Shown: positions 25,801-40,015 of the stretch, one piece after another
How the letters are laid out: the number at the start of each line of letters is the position of its first letter
Position numbering within the stretch: the stretch's first letter is position 1
From: Azolla caroliniana
Taxonomy: Eukaryota; Plantae; Polypodiophyta
Reading direction: 5' to 3'
Assembly (NCBI GenBank): GCA_043228905.1
Contig: JBHGNT010000030.1
Location: forward strand, 273,773 to 337,772
DNA: 64,000 nt
Translations under genes and position numbers: made by a program
Notes under the pieces: model-generated
Database searches by the model: none
Seen by the model: only the letters and a program-made list of their open reading frames with translations
What the model was told of the DNA's origin: nothing

Positions 25801-28800
25801 GGGACCCGGTCGACAAGAAGGTACTCCGGAGTCGAGATATTATCTTCATGGAGAACAAGACGCTCGCCGACTGGGAGTCGAAGAAGAAGATAATGAACTC
25901 CGAGTCGACCGGTAAGGATTAGCAGACCCAACTGGCGAGAGACCGGTTAGCACTCGAAGAACCAGCCGGATACGATGAGGATACCGAACCGGCAGAAGAA
26001 GAAGTAGAGGAAGCTGAGACCGGAACCGGCCTAGACCCCGAATCGGATTCGGATGAAGAGCAAATGGAGGAGCCGGCTACCGAAGCCCAAAGACGGAGAT
26101 ATCCTCTCAGAGAGAGAAGGGCCCCCCGGAGATTTCTGGATGTAGAGCATGTTCTGCTGACCGATGAGGGGGAGCCGGAAAGCTTCGAAGAAGCGAAGGA
26201 TAACACCCACAGCCGAAAATGGTTAAGTGCCATGCAGGACGAGATGGATTCCCTGCATGAGAACCATACGTACGAATTGGTGGAGTTGCCGAAAGGAAAG
26301 CGGGCACTCCGAAACAAGTGGGTGTACAAGTTGAAACCGGGAGATGCCGGCAAAACCCCGAGATACAAAGCCAGGATCGTGGTGAAGGGGTTCCAGCAGA
26401 AGAAGGGCGTGGACTTCGACGAGATATTTGCCGCGGTAGTAAAGATGACCTCCATCCGGACGGTGCTGAGTATAGCAGCAAGCATGGACCTCGAGGTAGA
26501 GCAGCTAGACGTGAAGACGACATTCCTTCACGGTGACCTCGAAGAAGAGATATACATGCAGCAACCGGAAGGTTTCGTGGAGAAAGGGAAGGAGCACCTG
26601 GTATGCCGGTTGAAGAAGAGCTTGTACGGACTGAAGTAGGCTCCCCGACAATGGTACCTATTACGGGCATGACCATATAATATCCCGTGGTAAGAATTTA
26701 CCGTAGTATTCTATACACGTGGATAAGTGTGAGGGTTAAATGAGAGTGTAAAGAAGGGGAGGATTACTTTTAATCCTCGGGATTGAGACAACCCATTAGG
26801 TCAAGTGTGAACTTGCCTGGGGGCCTTGGGTATCGCTATAAATAAGAGGCCTAGCTACCCTCATTTGAGCATCTTTTGACTACATCGAGACTCTGCTCGT
26901 GTGGTGGGTCAACTCTCGTAGCGAGCGCGCCAGCACCAGGTACGACTCGACGCCACGGCGGTGGTATGGGACGCCGATCGAGGCTCGAGTCCGTCTCGAT
27001 CCCTTCGCTCGGGGGTGGTCGGGTGGATCGGCACCCTTCTTTCTCTTTCTCCTTTCTATCTTTCATTCTTTATCCTTATCTTATGCTTACTTTAGTACCT
27101 AGATCTATAATATTTGGTATCAGATTTTTGTACTAATGTTTCTTTGTTTTTCATTTGTCTTTTGATTGATGATGATCGATCGTTGTGCGGTTGGCCTTTA
27201 TCCAGACAACGATCAACAAAGAACTTCGGTAACTCTTTCCATAATTTTTCTTTCTATTCTCTCTTCTCCCATCTAATCATGTGTTTAGTTTATATGTAAT
27301 TTTTTTCATTAAGTCAAGGATGTTGTAGTGGTCTTTAATTGATTATCTAAAACGTTTACATATGTGCACGAGGTCAATACCTCGTTTGACATATTAATAA
27401 TATGTGATGAGTGTCGTATGCGTACGAGGTTAATACCTCAATTACGTATTACGATCACAAACATATGTTACGTTTGCGTATGAGTTTAATACCTTGATTT
27501 GTTGTAAACGATATGCGTTTGGTCTCGTATGCGTAAGAGGTCAATACCTCCATTGCGTATTACGATGATCTCTTATTTGTGGATGTTCCGTGTGCGTAGA
27601 GGTATATACCTCGATTACGTATCTCGATCACATCATTTGTGGCTATTTAATATAACGATATGTTTAATATAGGCATATGTGGTCACATATATACGTATTT
27701 GATCATATATATGTGATAAGTAAACATATGTGTATATTCGTTATTACGTGATTATATCGAAAGTTGTCCTTGTCGGGAAAAGGATGTTGGTGGCCGTCCT
27801 CACATTTTTGTGAGAATGGCGTTGTCACCATCCCTTTTTCAACATTTTTTTATTGTTGATAACCCCGTTGACGACCTCGATTTCGTTACGTAAAGAAACG
27901 CGAATAGCCAAAATGATGTTGAGTACGTAGGGCTTGACCCACTTCAAGTGAGGTCGCTCCAATGACGCACGTATCCAACATCCCTCCCTCGTTACATGGA
28001 TACGATGCCACCATGAGCTCGTTCTTACGAGAGGCATTCGTAATGACGTGACCATGTGATGGCCCACGTGAGCCTACTACGAAACGAGGGCTCATTTGGC
28101 TTGACCATTAGGTTGCCCTTTGGCATATGCCATCGTAATTACGAGACTTGAGGTTAGGTAACGTACCAACATAGTTTTGGTAAATGAGGGCGAAATAAGG
28201 ACCTTGACATATATGTTCTTTTAAAAAAACATATATGATCAATTGCCTCGCATATCTCTTATAGGCATCAAACATTAAGCTTACTTGGTTGGCTCAAGTG
28301 TTTAATGTATTTGTTCTCGAGGTCTCGAGTTCAAATATGACCAAGACCATACAACATCCTTGATACATATGACTATAACACATGTTTAGACTTAAGGTCT
28401 AAGTGCACCTCGGGGTCCTCGTAATAGGACTTAAAGAGCCGAAACCACTTATGTGGGCACCGAAACATAGTTTATTGTTAACATTTTTTTTCGTGTATAA
28501 ACTATTCATGACGCGAACATACATGGTTGAGCCTCGGGGAGCCACCATGAAAAAATTGATATAGAGATCAGGGAAAGACATTTATTTGTCACCCCCATGG
28601 TTTTTAAAACACCTTTGTGTTACCATAGTAACCTGATCTTGAACCTCATCTCATACGTCTAGAGGGGTATTGACGTGAGATAATGATATCAATTAATGCT
28701 CGCCCATGATATGTTTACATCACGACATGATGTTATGACTATATCTCTGACCTTATCCTATTTCTTTTCCAGAAATAATCTTTAATGGCTCAAATTAACG

Positions 28801-29008
28801 ACCCGATGTCATCCGCTCAAGCGGAAGGAACTCAAGGGAATCCTCCTTGACAAATGTCCACTGAGATGTATTTGGCACAAATAACCCAATACCTTAGTTT
28901 CACCGCTCAACAGATGACCGAACTTCGGCAATCTCAGAGTGCTCTTGAGGCACGTGTCATTAGTCTACAACGTGAGACTAATAGACCTGATGAGCGACAA
29001 GGTGAACC

Positions 29009-32000
29009 TGTTGGGATTACGGTCCCTCCGGATGGGATGGTCGGATGTCCGGAGCCGGATGATGAAGACCCCGGCTACGGAGCCGAATGACGAAGACCCC
29101 GGCTACGGAGCCGGATGATGAAGGTACCCGGAGAGAGATCCGGATGCGGGGACATATTTGTGAATATGTTTGCCAAGGGCCCTTGAGGCTATATTTGTGA
29201 ATAGCCCGAAAGTCATATGTGTATAAATATGACTTAGGGCAAACTGTTTAGGGTTGTTGGCTGTATGTTGTTGCCTATGGTGTATTGCCACTCATATATG
29301 TGTGCAAGAGTGAAGAGAGCAGCCGAGAGAGAGAGAGAGAGAGAGAGAGAGTGAGAGAGTGACGAAGAGGTCGTTGCCTCTGTGTATTACCGCCGCCTGT
29401 GGCGAAGACAGTGAGCTCAAGGTTGTTGCCTTGTAGCTTCACTACTGTACATCTCTGTTTATAGTGATAGTTGGAGTTTGAGGACTCCCGTGGTTTTTTC
29501 CCATTTAGGGTTTTCCACGTAAAACATCCTGTGTACTCTCCTCTCTATTGTCTTCGTGCATTTTGTATTTCCTGTTTTCGGAAGAGTTGATCCTATTCCT
29601 TGGTTGTGGCTGAGCACTGTTTTTTAACAAACTGGTATCAGAGCGAGGTTAACACAGAAAATGGAAGGCGGCGGTAGTGGGCCTCCGGGCATGATGGTGT
29701 TGAACTCACAGAACTACGCCGACTGGAAGATAAAGATGGAAGACCTTCTCATCGTCCGAGACCTGTACGAACCGATCGACAATGCCGAGATACCCAAGGG
29801 GGTAATAGAGTCGGAGTGGAAGCTCCTGAACCGGAAAGCCGTAGCGACGATCCGGCAATATGTCGATGTAAGTGTTCTGCAACATGTGGCGAACGATACG
29901 AACGCCTATGAGATGTGGCAGAAGCTGTCCGGACTGTATGAGAGGAAGAATGCTCTGACCCGGACCTCCCTGATGAGGAAGATAGTGAATCTTAAGTACC
30001 GGGACGGCGAGAGCATGGTCGAACACGTCAGCACGTTCATGGGATTCGTGAACCAGCTTGCGGCGATCAAGTTCCCGTTGGATGACGCAATGCAAGCCAT
30101 CATGCTGATGTGTACCCTTCCGGAGAGCTGGGAGAACTTGGTAGTTACTCTCAGCACCTCCTGTAAGGAAGAGAACTTGTCTTTGCTAACGGTAAAGACA
30201 AGTATTCTAAATGAAGAAGCGCGTCGGAGAGATAAAGAACCGGCCTCCGACTCGAAGGCGCTGCTTACCGAATCGGAACGGGGAAGACAACGGAACCGGA
30301 GTCCGCAAAGACGGGAGAAGTCGGGGACACGGTCGCAGTCGAGGGGAAGACCTACATGCTTCTACTGTGGGAAGCCGGGGCACTTCCAGAAGAACTGTCG
30401 GCATTTCCGGAAAGACAACGGAACCGACGGTACCGATTCGAAGAAGTCACCGGAGCGAAACGGTGCATACCGGGGAGCCACGGACCGGAGAGGTCCGGAT
30501 CGGCGAGGGCAGGACCGGAAAGGAACGACGGCACTCGCGGCAAGTGAAGAAGAGATAATGCTCATTACTGAAGAGAGGGAGCTGAACCTTGCCGGTGAAG
30601 AGATGACCTGGGTGGTCGATTCCGGAGCGTCGTTCCACCTGACCCCGGAAAGAAGATACTTCTCATCCTACACAGCCGGTGAGCATGGTTGTGTTCGGAT
30701 GGGAAATGAAGGTACGTGCCGGATTGCCGGCATAGGAGACGTGTGGTTGACAACCTCGACCGGATGCAAAATGTTGCTGAAGGATGTCCGACACGTTCCG
30801 GAGGTTCGATTGAACCTGATTTCGGCCGGGAGGCTAGACGATGAAGGCTACACAGGTAGCATCCGGAACGGCGTAATGAAGTTCAGCAAGGGGAGCCTGA
30901 TAGTGGCTCGGGCCCGGAAAGTCAACACATTGTACCTTATGAATGCCTGGTTGTGTCCGGAAGAGTTGAACGTGGCAGCCGACACTGCCGGTGAGCTGTG
31001 GCACAAGAGACTGTGCCACATGAGTGAGAAGGGGATGAAGAGGCTTGCAGAAGACAACCTTATTCCAGTGAAGCATGTGCACCTGGAGAAGTGCACCGAT
31101 TGCCTGGCCGGTAAGCAGAACCGAACCTCCTTCCACTCAAGGCCACCGACGAGACGTAGCGCACCATTGGAGTTGGTGCACACTGACATGTGTCAAGTAG
31201 AAACGAAGTCCCATGGCGGAGCCCAGTACTTCGTGACATTCATTGATGACCACAGCCGGAAGCTGTGGACGGCACCGTTGAAGACAAAGGACCAAGTGTT
31301 GTGCGTCTTCAAAGAACTCCACGCGAGAGTGGAAAGGGAATCCGGCAAGAAGCTGAAAGCACTACGAGCGGATAACGGAGGAGAATACCGAGGGCAATTT
31401 GAGGAGTATTGCCGTTCGATGGGAATCCGGCTCGAGTTTACTGTGCCGAAGACGCCGGAACTGAACGGGCTGGCCGAGAGGATGAACCGGACCATAATGG
31501 AGAGGGTCCGGAGTATGCTAGCACATGCGAAATTACCCAAGGGATTTTGGGCTGAGCCAATGTCGACGGCGACATATGTGATAAATAGATCACCCTCAGT
31601 ACCCCTGGATGGAGACACGCCACAGAGAGTGTGGACCGGTAAGGAAGTGTCCTACCGGCATTTGAAGGTGTTCGGGTGTCTCGCATACGTGCATGTGGCA
31701 AAGGACCGGAGAGGAAAGTTAGATCCAAAGACCCGGCCATGCATATTCCTCGATTACGGCGACGACGAGTTCGGCTACCGAGTATGGGACCCGGTCGACA
31801 AGAAGATATTCAGGAGTCGTGATATCATCTTCATGGAGGACAAGACACTCGCCGACTGGGAGTCGGAGAAGAAGATGAAGAGCTCCAAGCCGACCGGTGA
31901 GGATCAAATCTACGAGGAGCAGTCCCGACCGGCAAGGGACCGGTTAGCACTCGAGGATCCGGCCGAAGACGGTGAAGAAACAGAACCGGCCGAGGAAGAT

Positions 32001-34391
32001 GAAACTGATACCGGAACCGGCCCCGATCCCGAAATGGACTCGGATGAAGAGGAAACAGAGGAGCCGGTTACCAAAGCTCCGGAACGGAGATATCCTCTAA
32101 GAGAGAGAAGGCCCCCCCGGAGATTTCCGAAACCAGAGCACGTGTTGCTAACCGACGAGGGGGAGCCGGAGAGTTTTGAAGAAGCAAAGCTCGACACCCA
32201 TAGCCGCAGGTGGTTAAGTGCCATGCAGGAGGAGATGGATTCCCTGCATGAGAACCACACATATGAACTTGTGGAGTTGCCGAAAGGAAAGCGGGCACTT
32301 CGAAACAAGTGGGTGTTCAAGCTGAAACCGGGAGATGCCGGAAACCCCCCGAGATACAAAGCCAGGATCGTGGTGAAGGGGTTCCAGCAGAAGAAGGTCG
32401 TCGACTTCGATGAGATATTTGCCCCGGTAGTGAAGATGACCTCCATCCGGACGGTGCTGAGCATAGCGGCAAGCATGGACCTCGAGGTAGAACAGATGGA
32501 CGTGAAGACGGCATTCCTTCACGGTGACCTCGAAGAAGAGATCTACATGCAGCAACCGGAAGGATTCGAGAAGAAAGGGAAGGAGCACCTGGTATGCCGG
32601 TTGAAGAAGAGCCTTTACGGACTGAAGCAGGCTCCCCGGTAATGGTACCGGAAGTTCGACTCTTTCATGACCGACGAAGGGTACCACAAAACGCAGTCCG
32701 ACCACTGCATGTTTGTGAAGAAGTTCGAAGGAGGAGACTTCCTAATACTCCTCCTGTACGTGGACGACATGTTGATCGTCTGACGGGACCAGGTCAAGAT
32801 ACGGATGCTGAAGAAAGCGCTTCACCGAACCTTCTCAATGAAGGACCTGGGTCCGGCGAGGCAAATACTAGGGATGCACATCATCCGGGACCGGAGGAAG
32901 AAGCAGTTGTGGCTGTCACAGGAGAAGTACGTGACAAAGGTGCTTCAACGGTTCAACATGTTGGACGCAAGACCGGTCGGGTCAACCCTCCCGGCAAACT
33001 GCAAGTTGTCCAGCAAGCAAAGCCCCAAGACAAAGGCTGAGAAGGAGGACATGATGAAAGTACCATATGCCTCTGCCGTCGGAAGCTTGATGTACGCAAT
33101 GGTGTGTACAAGACCGGACATAGGATATGCAGTCGGAGTGGTGAGCCGGTACATGAGCAATCCCGGCAAAGAGCACTGGAACGCGGTCAAGTGGATACTC
33201 CGATACGTGAAGGGCACGGCAAACGTGTGCCTCCGATTCGGCTCCGGTAAGCCCGAACTCGACGGCTTTACTGATTCGGATATGTCGGCTGATGCAGATA
33301 CCAGCCGGTCCACATCAGGGTATGTGATCACGTATGCAGGGGGAGCCGTGTCGTGGCAGTCGAGGCTGCAGAAGACGGTTGCGTTGTCAACCACGGAGGC
33401 GGAGTACATGGCGGCTGTTGAAGCCGGCAAGGAAATGATATGGATGAAGGACTTCATTAGAGAGCTCGGTATCCGGCAGGAGGAGTACCGACTCTACTGC
33501 GACAGTCAGAGTGCCATCCACCTTGCGAAGAACGCGGCCTATCACTCCCGGACGAAGCACATCCAGCGAAGATATCACTGGATCCGGGAAAGGATAGAAG
33601 ACCAGGAGTTCGTGCTGACGAAGATCCACACGGACGAGAACGGGTCAGATATGCTGACCAAAGTGCTCACACCCGACAAGCTTGAAGCGTGCCGGAAGAG
33701 GATCGGATTGGAGAGACATCCCATGCCGAAGTGAAGGGGGAGTTTGTTGGGATTACGGTCCCTCCAGATGGGATGGTCGGATGTCCGGAGCCGGATGATG
33801 AAGACCCCGGCTACGGAGCCGGATGACGAAGACCCCGGCTACGGAGCCGAATGACGAAGACCCCGGCTACGGAGCCGGATGATGAAGGTACCCGGAGAGA
33901 GATCCGGATGCGGGGACATATTTGTGAATATGTTTGCCAAGGGCCCTTGAGGCTATATTTGTGAATAGCCCGAAAGTCATATGTGTATAAATATGACTTA
34001 GGGCAAACTGTTTAGGGTTGTTGGCTGTATGTTGTTGCCTATGGTGTATTGCCACTCATATATGTGTGCAAGAGTGAAGAGAGCAGCCGAGAGAGAGAGA
34101 GAGAGAGAGAGAGTGAGAGAGTGACGAAGAGGTCGTTGCCTCTGTGTATTACCGCCGCCTGTGGCGAAGACAGTGAGCTCAAGGTTGTTGCCTTGTAGCT
34201 TCACTACTGTACATCTCTGTTTATAGTGATAGTTGGAGTTTGAGGACTCCCGTGGTTTTTTCCCATTTAGGGTTTTCCACGTAAAACATCCTGTGTACTC
34301 TCCTCTCTATTGTCTTCGTGCATTTTGTATTTCCTGTTTTCGGAAGAGTTGATCCTATTCCTTGGTTGTGGCTGAGCACTGTTTTTTAACA
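29009..34391 (+). mobile_element. Ty1/copia element Y, youngest layer of the nest, nearly intact
   Basis: LTRs 29009-29629 and 33745-34391 nearly identical, TSD GAACC (29004-29008 / 34392-34396), PBS 29633-29644, PPT about 33731-33744. Confidence 0.96.
29661..33734 (+). pseudogene. Copia Y gag-pol, single frame with two nonsense changes (about 32640 and 32781)
   Basis: 993-aa ORF plus 309-aa ORF in the same frame; all copia domains present. Confidence 0.92.
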
Positions 34392-37300
34392 GAACCATCA
34401 TTTGTCGTTAAGCCATTTACAGGAGACAAAAAGGAAAGAACCGAAGAAGCAATCTGCACATGGCTGGGACGATGGGAGTCTCATTTTGAGCTCTATCCCA
34501 CGCCAGATAGTACGAAGATTGCATATGTCGGTCGAGAACTCGGGGGTAAGGCCGCCGCCTGGTGGCGTGGCCTCCGTACTATGGGGAAATTGCCCGATAC
34601 CTGGACAGATTTTGTCACGGTTTTTAAGGGCCAATTTCTGCAACCTCCCTCTCGAACCGAGGCAGCACAAGCTTTAATGAACCTCTCTAGCAGGAAATTT
34701 TCCTCGCTAGAAGACTATGTTCACCATGCTAGAACCCAAATCCAAAAATCGGGTCTAGAAGGGGACAATTGGTTGATAGCTTGTTTTGTCAATGGCATCC
34801 CCAATTCGGACTATCACTGGATAGTGCACGATAAGGATCCAAAATCCTTCGAAGAGGCCGTTGAAATAGTTCTTCGCTATCAACGCACTTCGAAGAAGGA
34901 CCATAACAAACACAACGAAGCGCCCGGGACTAAGCAGTCGCAATTTGTTGGGAAACGCAAGACACCCAACGAATTCCTGGATCGCGATTGTAAGCGACAA
35001 CATCCTTTTTGTGTATTCTGCAAAAAGAAGGGTCATACAAAAGATCAATGTCGAAAGCTCCAACGGAAAGAGCACGACAACAAAGCTAAAGCTGCAGACC
35101 ATAAAGGTCAGATTCCTAATGTCCTTCAGGTCTATACACATCATTTAAGTAATTGTCAATGTCCTTTCCCTCACTATATATTGGGTCCCAATGATTTACT
35201 ACGTGCAAACGGGTATATCAATGGATCTCCCGTACAGTTTTTATTTGATTCGGGAAGCTCACACAATTTTGTGAATGATCGTTTGGTTCAGATATGGGGA
35301 ATCCAACCCACCGTAAGTGATCACACCTACACGGTGCACTTGGCTGATGGAAGAGTACAATACATCAACGGGGCGATTCATTCATTAGGAATTTCTATTG
35401 ATACTTATATAGAGGAAGTAGACTTCCATGTAATGAATCTTTGTACCACCGATGTAATACTGGGTTATCCCTGGTTTTATAATAAAAACTCTTCTTTATT
35501 TATTGATTGGGTTCGTCATTCCATTTCTTTTGTACTGAACGATTGTACGCATTTTATTCAATGTGTAAAAAAACAATCCCTCTCGATTGTTTCCTCGTGT
35601 CCATCAATATCCGAGTTGTCTTGTTCTACGTTATATTATTGTGTACTTGATCCGGACATTCACGTTTACAATATCGATAATGTCCCGATTCAATTAACAT
35701 ATTTTGAACAACAACAACTTGATGAAATCTTAAATGATTTTCATGATGTTTTTCCAAGTGAACTACCTGATGGGTTACCTCCTAAACGTAATATAGACCA
35801 TCGTATAGATATTGTACCTGGTGTTGCACCAATAAGTATACCTCCGTATCGCTTAAGTCGATCCGAAGAAGATGAGGTATCTAAGCAACTCAAGGATTAT
35901 TTACGAATGGGTTATATACGTTATAGTAAATCTCCATGGGGTGCACCAGTTCTCTTGGTTAAAAAGAAAGAGGGCACATGGCGTATGTGTATTAATTACC
36001 GACGCTTGAATAAAGTGACGATCAAGAATTCGTATCCATTGCCCCGGGCTGACGATCTAATTGACCGTCTCCAGGGAGCTCGATATTTTACGAAACTTGA
36101 TCTCCATACTGGCTACCATCAAATACGAATAAGTGAGGACAATGTTCCTAAAACGGCATTTCGTACGCGCTATGGCCATTACGAGTTTTTGGTTATGCCT
36201 TTTGGTTTGACCAATGCTTCGGCTACTTTTCAACAAGAAATGAATGACATTTTCCGAGAACAACTTGGAAAATTTGTCGTTATTTTCTTGGATGATATTT
36301 TAGTTTATAGCCGTACATTACAAGAACATGCTAGACATGTCCGCTTTGTTTTACAAACATTGCGTGACAAACAGTTTTATGCGAAGATCTCAAAATGTGA
36401 GTTCTTCAAGAAATCAATTACTTATCTAGGACATCTCATAACCGAACGAGGAGTTGAAATTGATCCTTCTCGCATTGAGAAAATCAAGCTTTGGCCCACT
36501 CTTCGGAATATTCGAGAAGTTCGATCATTCCTTGGTTTTGTGGGGTTTTTGCGAAAGTCTCTTCGTAATTACTCCCAATTGACGACGCCGTTTACTGATC
36601 TTTTAAAAGGTCAAACGCGTAAGTCTACAAAACCTATTGTGTGGAATGCTACACTAGACCTTGCCTTTAAGGAACTCAAGGACCTGGTTCGCAAGGCTCC
36701 TTCACTTCTTTTACCCGATCCTTCAAAACCTTTTGAGGTTGAAACCGATGCAAGCGATTATGCTATAGGTGCTGTCTTGTATCAAGATGGTAAACCAATA
36801 GCATTCGAGAGTAAGAAACTTGATTCTGCTCAATGTCGCTATACCGTTCAAGAAAAGGAATTATTTGCAGTTATACATGCGCTCAAAACATGGCGCCATT
36901 ATCTTTATGGAAATCACTTTGTGGTAACTACGGACCACGAGTCCTTGAAATATTTTTGTGACCAACAAGACCTGAAAGGTCGTAAGGCACGATGGGCTGA
37001 TCTCATCCAGGACTTTGATTTTTCCATACGATATCGTAAAGGTTCCATGAACACTGTCGTTGATGCACTAAGTCGCATCCGTGAAGTTAACATGCTTAGC
37101 TTCACTGCAATATCATCAGATCTTTATGATCACCTTCGAGGAAAGTATCCTGATGACAGTTATTTCGCAAAATATTGGGCAAGAGTTGAGTCTGGAACAG
37201 ACACCACCACATCCTCGAAGGAATACTTCCACATTGCTAACGGTTTGCTCTACCGTAATGGGAAGGTTTGTGTTCCAGATTTACCCGAGGTCAAAAAGAG

Positions 37301-38606
37301 GATTCTTTTTGAATGCCATGATGCACCCTCAGCAGGGCACCCTGGAATACATCGTACACTCGTTCTCATCTCCACTCAATTTTATTGGCCTAAGATGCGT
37401 CCTGACATACATAGCTATGTGACTAAATGTCACCAGTGCCAGGTTAACAAAGCCGAGCGACTTAAAGCCGCAGGACTTTTACATCCCTTGGACATTCCCA
37501 ATAATAAGTGGGAAAGTATATCCATGGATTTTATTGTTAGCCTTCCTCGCACCCAAAAAGGTCACGATGCCATCTGGGTTGTCGTTGATCGACTAACTAA
37601 AATGGCCAGATTTATTGCTACTAAAACCACGGTAACAGCTCCTGAATTGGCTTACCAATTCGTTGACGAATTGTTTCGTTTTTATGGGTTACCGATGGAT
37701 ATCGTGAGTGATCGAGATCCAAAGTTTACTAGTGACTTCTGGACACAAGTCTTTAAGAAGTTAGAAACTACGTTGAGCATGAGCTCCACGGATCATCCTC
37801 AATCCGATGGACAGACAGAACGAGTAAATCAAATTATTGAGGACATGCTTCGAGCATACGTTGGTGCAAAACCAACAAAATGGGAACGTTATCTCCCAAT
37901 TTTGGAGTTTGCTTATAACAGCTCCAAGCATACGTCGACGGGATATAGTCCTTTTATGTTGATGTATGGTTTTCAGCCACGAGCCCCGATTGATGTTAAT
38001 ATACATCATGATGAGTTGCAAAGTACGCAAAACTTTCTTCGGGATATGCAAGATATGTTGCATATTGCACGAGATAATATAAAAACAGCTCAAGATAGAG
38101 CGCGTTTTTATGCCGATCATCATAGGCAACCTCGTGTATTCAACCTTGGACAGAAGGTATTTTTACGTGTACCTCACAATTCTAAGACATTGTCTACGGG
38201 TAAGTGCGCTAAGTTAGCCCCACGGTTTTGTGGACCTTTTACAGTCCTCAAACGCATTGGGTCATCAGCCTATCGTCTCGCTCTTCCCAATGGTGTCGGA
38301 ATTCATCCAGTCTTTCATGTGAGTCGTCTAAAAGAACTTCTAGGTTCTGGCGACAATACAGTTACGACTGAAACTCTGGTTACTTCTGAAGAATTATCTT
38401 CTAAACCACATGTGCCAGAAAGAATTCTCGATGTTAAAACAAAAAAATTACGTACTAAAGAAATCCGAGAATTCAAAATAAAATGGATGGATAAATCAAT
38501 AAAAGATGTCACATGGGAACGCGAAAATACACTTAGAACTAACTTCCCTAACTTTCCATTGCAAGAGTGCAATGTTTTAAAGAGGGGGAGTATGTTACGG
38601 GCATGA
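34392..38606 (+). CDS. Chromovirus Gag-PR-RT-RH-IN-chromodomain polyprotein (N-terminus at about 28785-29008, separated by Copia Y)
   Basis: [55 protein letters not shown]...[11 protein letters not shown]-terminal PERILDVK...FKIKW...VTWE; open for about 1400 codons. Confidence 0.92.
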   Translation, partial: EPSFVVKPFTGDKKERTEEAICTWLGRWESHFELYPTPDSTKIAYVGRELGGKAAAWWRGLRTMGKLPDTWTDFVTVFKGQFLQPPSRTEAAQALMNLSSRKFSSLEDYVHHARTQIQKSGLEGDNWLIACFVNGIPNSDYHWIVHDKDPKSFEEAVEIVLRYQRTSKKDHNKHNEAPGTKQSQFVGKRKTPNEFLDRDCKRQHPFCVFCKKKGHTKDQCRKLQRKEHDNKAKAADHKGQIPNVLQVYTHHLSNCQCPFPHYILGPNDLLRANGYINGSPVQFLFDSGSSHNFVNDRLVQIWGIQPTVSDHTYTVHLADGRVQYINGAIHSLGISIDTYIEEVDFHVMNLCTTDVILGYPWFYNKNSSLFIDWVRHSISFVLNDCTHFIQCVKKQSLSIVSSCPSISELSCSTLYYCVLDPDIHVYNIDNVPIQLTYFEQQQLDEILNDFHDVFPSELPDGLPPKRNIDHRIDIVPGVAPISIPPYRLSRSEEDEVSKQLKDYLRMGYIRYSKSPWGAPVLLVKKKEGTWRMCINYRRLNKVTIKNSYPLPRADDLIDRLQGARYFTKLDLHTGYHQIRISEDNVPKTAFRTRYGHYEFLVMPFGLTNASATFQQEMNDIFREQLGKFVVIFLDDILVYSRTLQEHARHVRFVLQTLRDKQFYAKISKCEFFKKSITYLGHLITERGVEIDPSRIEKIKLWPTLRNIREVRSFLGFVGFLRKSLRNYSQLTTPFTDLLKGQTRKSTKPIVWNATLDLAFKELKDLVRKAPSLLLPDPSKPFEVETDASDYAIGAVLYQDGKPIAFESKKLDSAQCRYTVQEKELFAVIHALKTWRHYLYGNHFVVTTDHESLKYFCDQQDLKGRKARWADLIQDFDFSIRYRKGSMNTVVDALSRIREVNMLSFTAISSDLYDHLRGKYPDDSYFAKYWARVESGTDTTTSSKEYFHIANGLLYRNGKVCVPDLPEVKKRILFECHDAPSAGHPGIHRTLVLISTQFYWPKMRPDIHSYVTKCHQCQVNKAERLKAAGLLHPLDIPNNKWESISMDFIVSLPRTQKGHDAIWVVVDRLTKMARFIATKTTVTAPELAYQFVDELFRFYGLPMDIVSDRDPKFTSDFWTQVFKKLETTLSMSSTDHPQSDGQTERVNQIIEDMLRAYVGAKPTKWERYLPILEFAYNSSKHTSTGYSPFMLMYGFQPRAPIDVNIHHDELQSTQNFLRDMQDMLHIARDNIKTAQDRARFYADHHRQPRVFNLGQKVFLRVPHNSKTLSTGKCAKLAPRFCGPFTVLKRIGSSAYRLALPNGVGIHPVFHVSRLKELLGSGDNTVTTETLVTSEELSSKPHVPERILDVKTKKLRTKEIREFKIKWMDKSIKDVTWERENTLRTNFPNFPLQECNVLKRGSMLRA

Positions 38607-39546
38607 CCATATAATATCCCGTGGTAAGAATTTACTGTAGTATTCTATACACGTGGATAAGTGTGAGGGTTAAATGAGAGTGTAAAGAAGGGGAGGATTA
38701 CTTTTAATCCTCGGGATTGAGACAACCCATTAGGTCAAGTGTGAACTTGCCTGGGGGCCTTGGGTATCGCTATAAATAAGAGGCCTAGCTACCCTCATTT
38801 GAGCATCTTTTGACTACATCGAGACTCTGCTCATGTGGTGGGTCAACTCTCGTAGCGAGCGCGCCAGCACCAGGTACGACTCGACGCCACGGCGGTGGTA
38901 TGGGACGCCGATCGAGGCTCGAGTCCGTCTCGATCCCTTCGCTCGGGGGTGGTCGGGTGGATCGGCACCCTTCTTTCTCTTTCTCCTTTCTATCTTTCAT
39001 TCTTTATCCTTATCTTATGCTTACTTTAGTACCTAGATCTATAATAGTACCGGAAGTTCGACTCCTTCATGACCGATCAAGGGTACCACAAGACGCAGGC
39101 AGATCACTGCGTGTTTGTGAAGAAGTTCGAAGGAGGAGACTTCCTGATACTCCTTCTGTACGTGGATGACATGTTGATCGTCGGACGGGACCAAGTCAAA
39201 ATACAAATGCTGAAGAAGGCTCTCAACCGGACCTTCTCAATGAAAGACTTGAGTCCGGCAAGGCAGATGCTGGGGATGCACATCATCCGGAACCGGTCAG
39301 CGAAGCAACTATGGTTGTCACAGGAGAAGTACGTGACAAAGGTGCTTCACCGGTTCAACATGTCAGATGCGAAACCGGTCGGATCGACACTTCCGGCAAA
39401 CTACAAGCTATCTGGTAAGCAAAGCCCGAAGACGAAAGCAGAGAAGACGGATATGATGAAGATTCCATATGCCTCTGCCGTCGGGAGCTTGATGTACGCT
39501 ATGGTGTGTACCCGACCGGATATAGGATACGCAATCGGAGTGGTGA

Positions 39547-40015
39547 GCCGGTTTATGAGCAATCCTGGCAAGGAGCACTGGAACGCGGTCAAATGGATAC
39601 TCCGGTATTTGAAGGGCACTTCAAATATGTGTCTCCGATTCGGCTCCAGAAAACCTCAACTTGACGGTTTCACCGATTCGGACATGTCGGCTGATGTGGA
39701 TACCAACCGGTTTATGAGCAATCCTGGCAAGGAGCACTGGAACGCGGTCAAATGGATACTCCGGTATTTGAAGGGCACTTCAAATATGTGTCTCCGATTC
39801 GGCTCCGGAAAACCTCAACTTGACGGTTTCACCGATTCGGACATGTCGGCTGATGTGGATACCAACCGGTTTATGAGCAATCCTGGCAAGGAGCACTGGA
39901 ACGCAGTCAAATGGATACTCCGGTATTTGAAGGGCACTTCAAATATGTGTCTCCGATTCGGCTCCGGAAAACCTCAACTTGACGGTTTCACCGATTTGGA
40001 CATGTCGGCTGATCC
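39547..40015 (+). repeat. 159-bp (53-codon) tandem triplication at the X2 RT/RNase H boundary
   Basis: FMSNPGKEHWNAVKW...SDMSAD appears three times; ATG codons at 39555, 39714 and 39873. Confidence 0.95.

Larger units (their letters stand above)
26659..39046 (+). mobile_element. Ty3/gypsy chromovirus inserted in X2 RT, interrupted by Copia Y
   Basis: Near-identical 454-bp LTRs 26659-27112 and 38593-39046, TSD GTACC (26654-26658 / 39047-39051), PBS TGGTATCAGA 27115-27124, PPT agagggggag 38581-38590. Confidence 0.95.

Noticed and set aside
34362-34391. Listed start of the 1414-aa ORF
   Set aside because: The first ten codons belong to the Copia Y LTR; the real N-terminus is at about 28785-29008.
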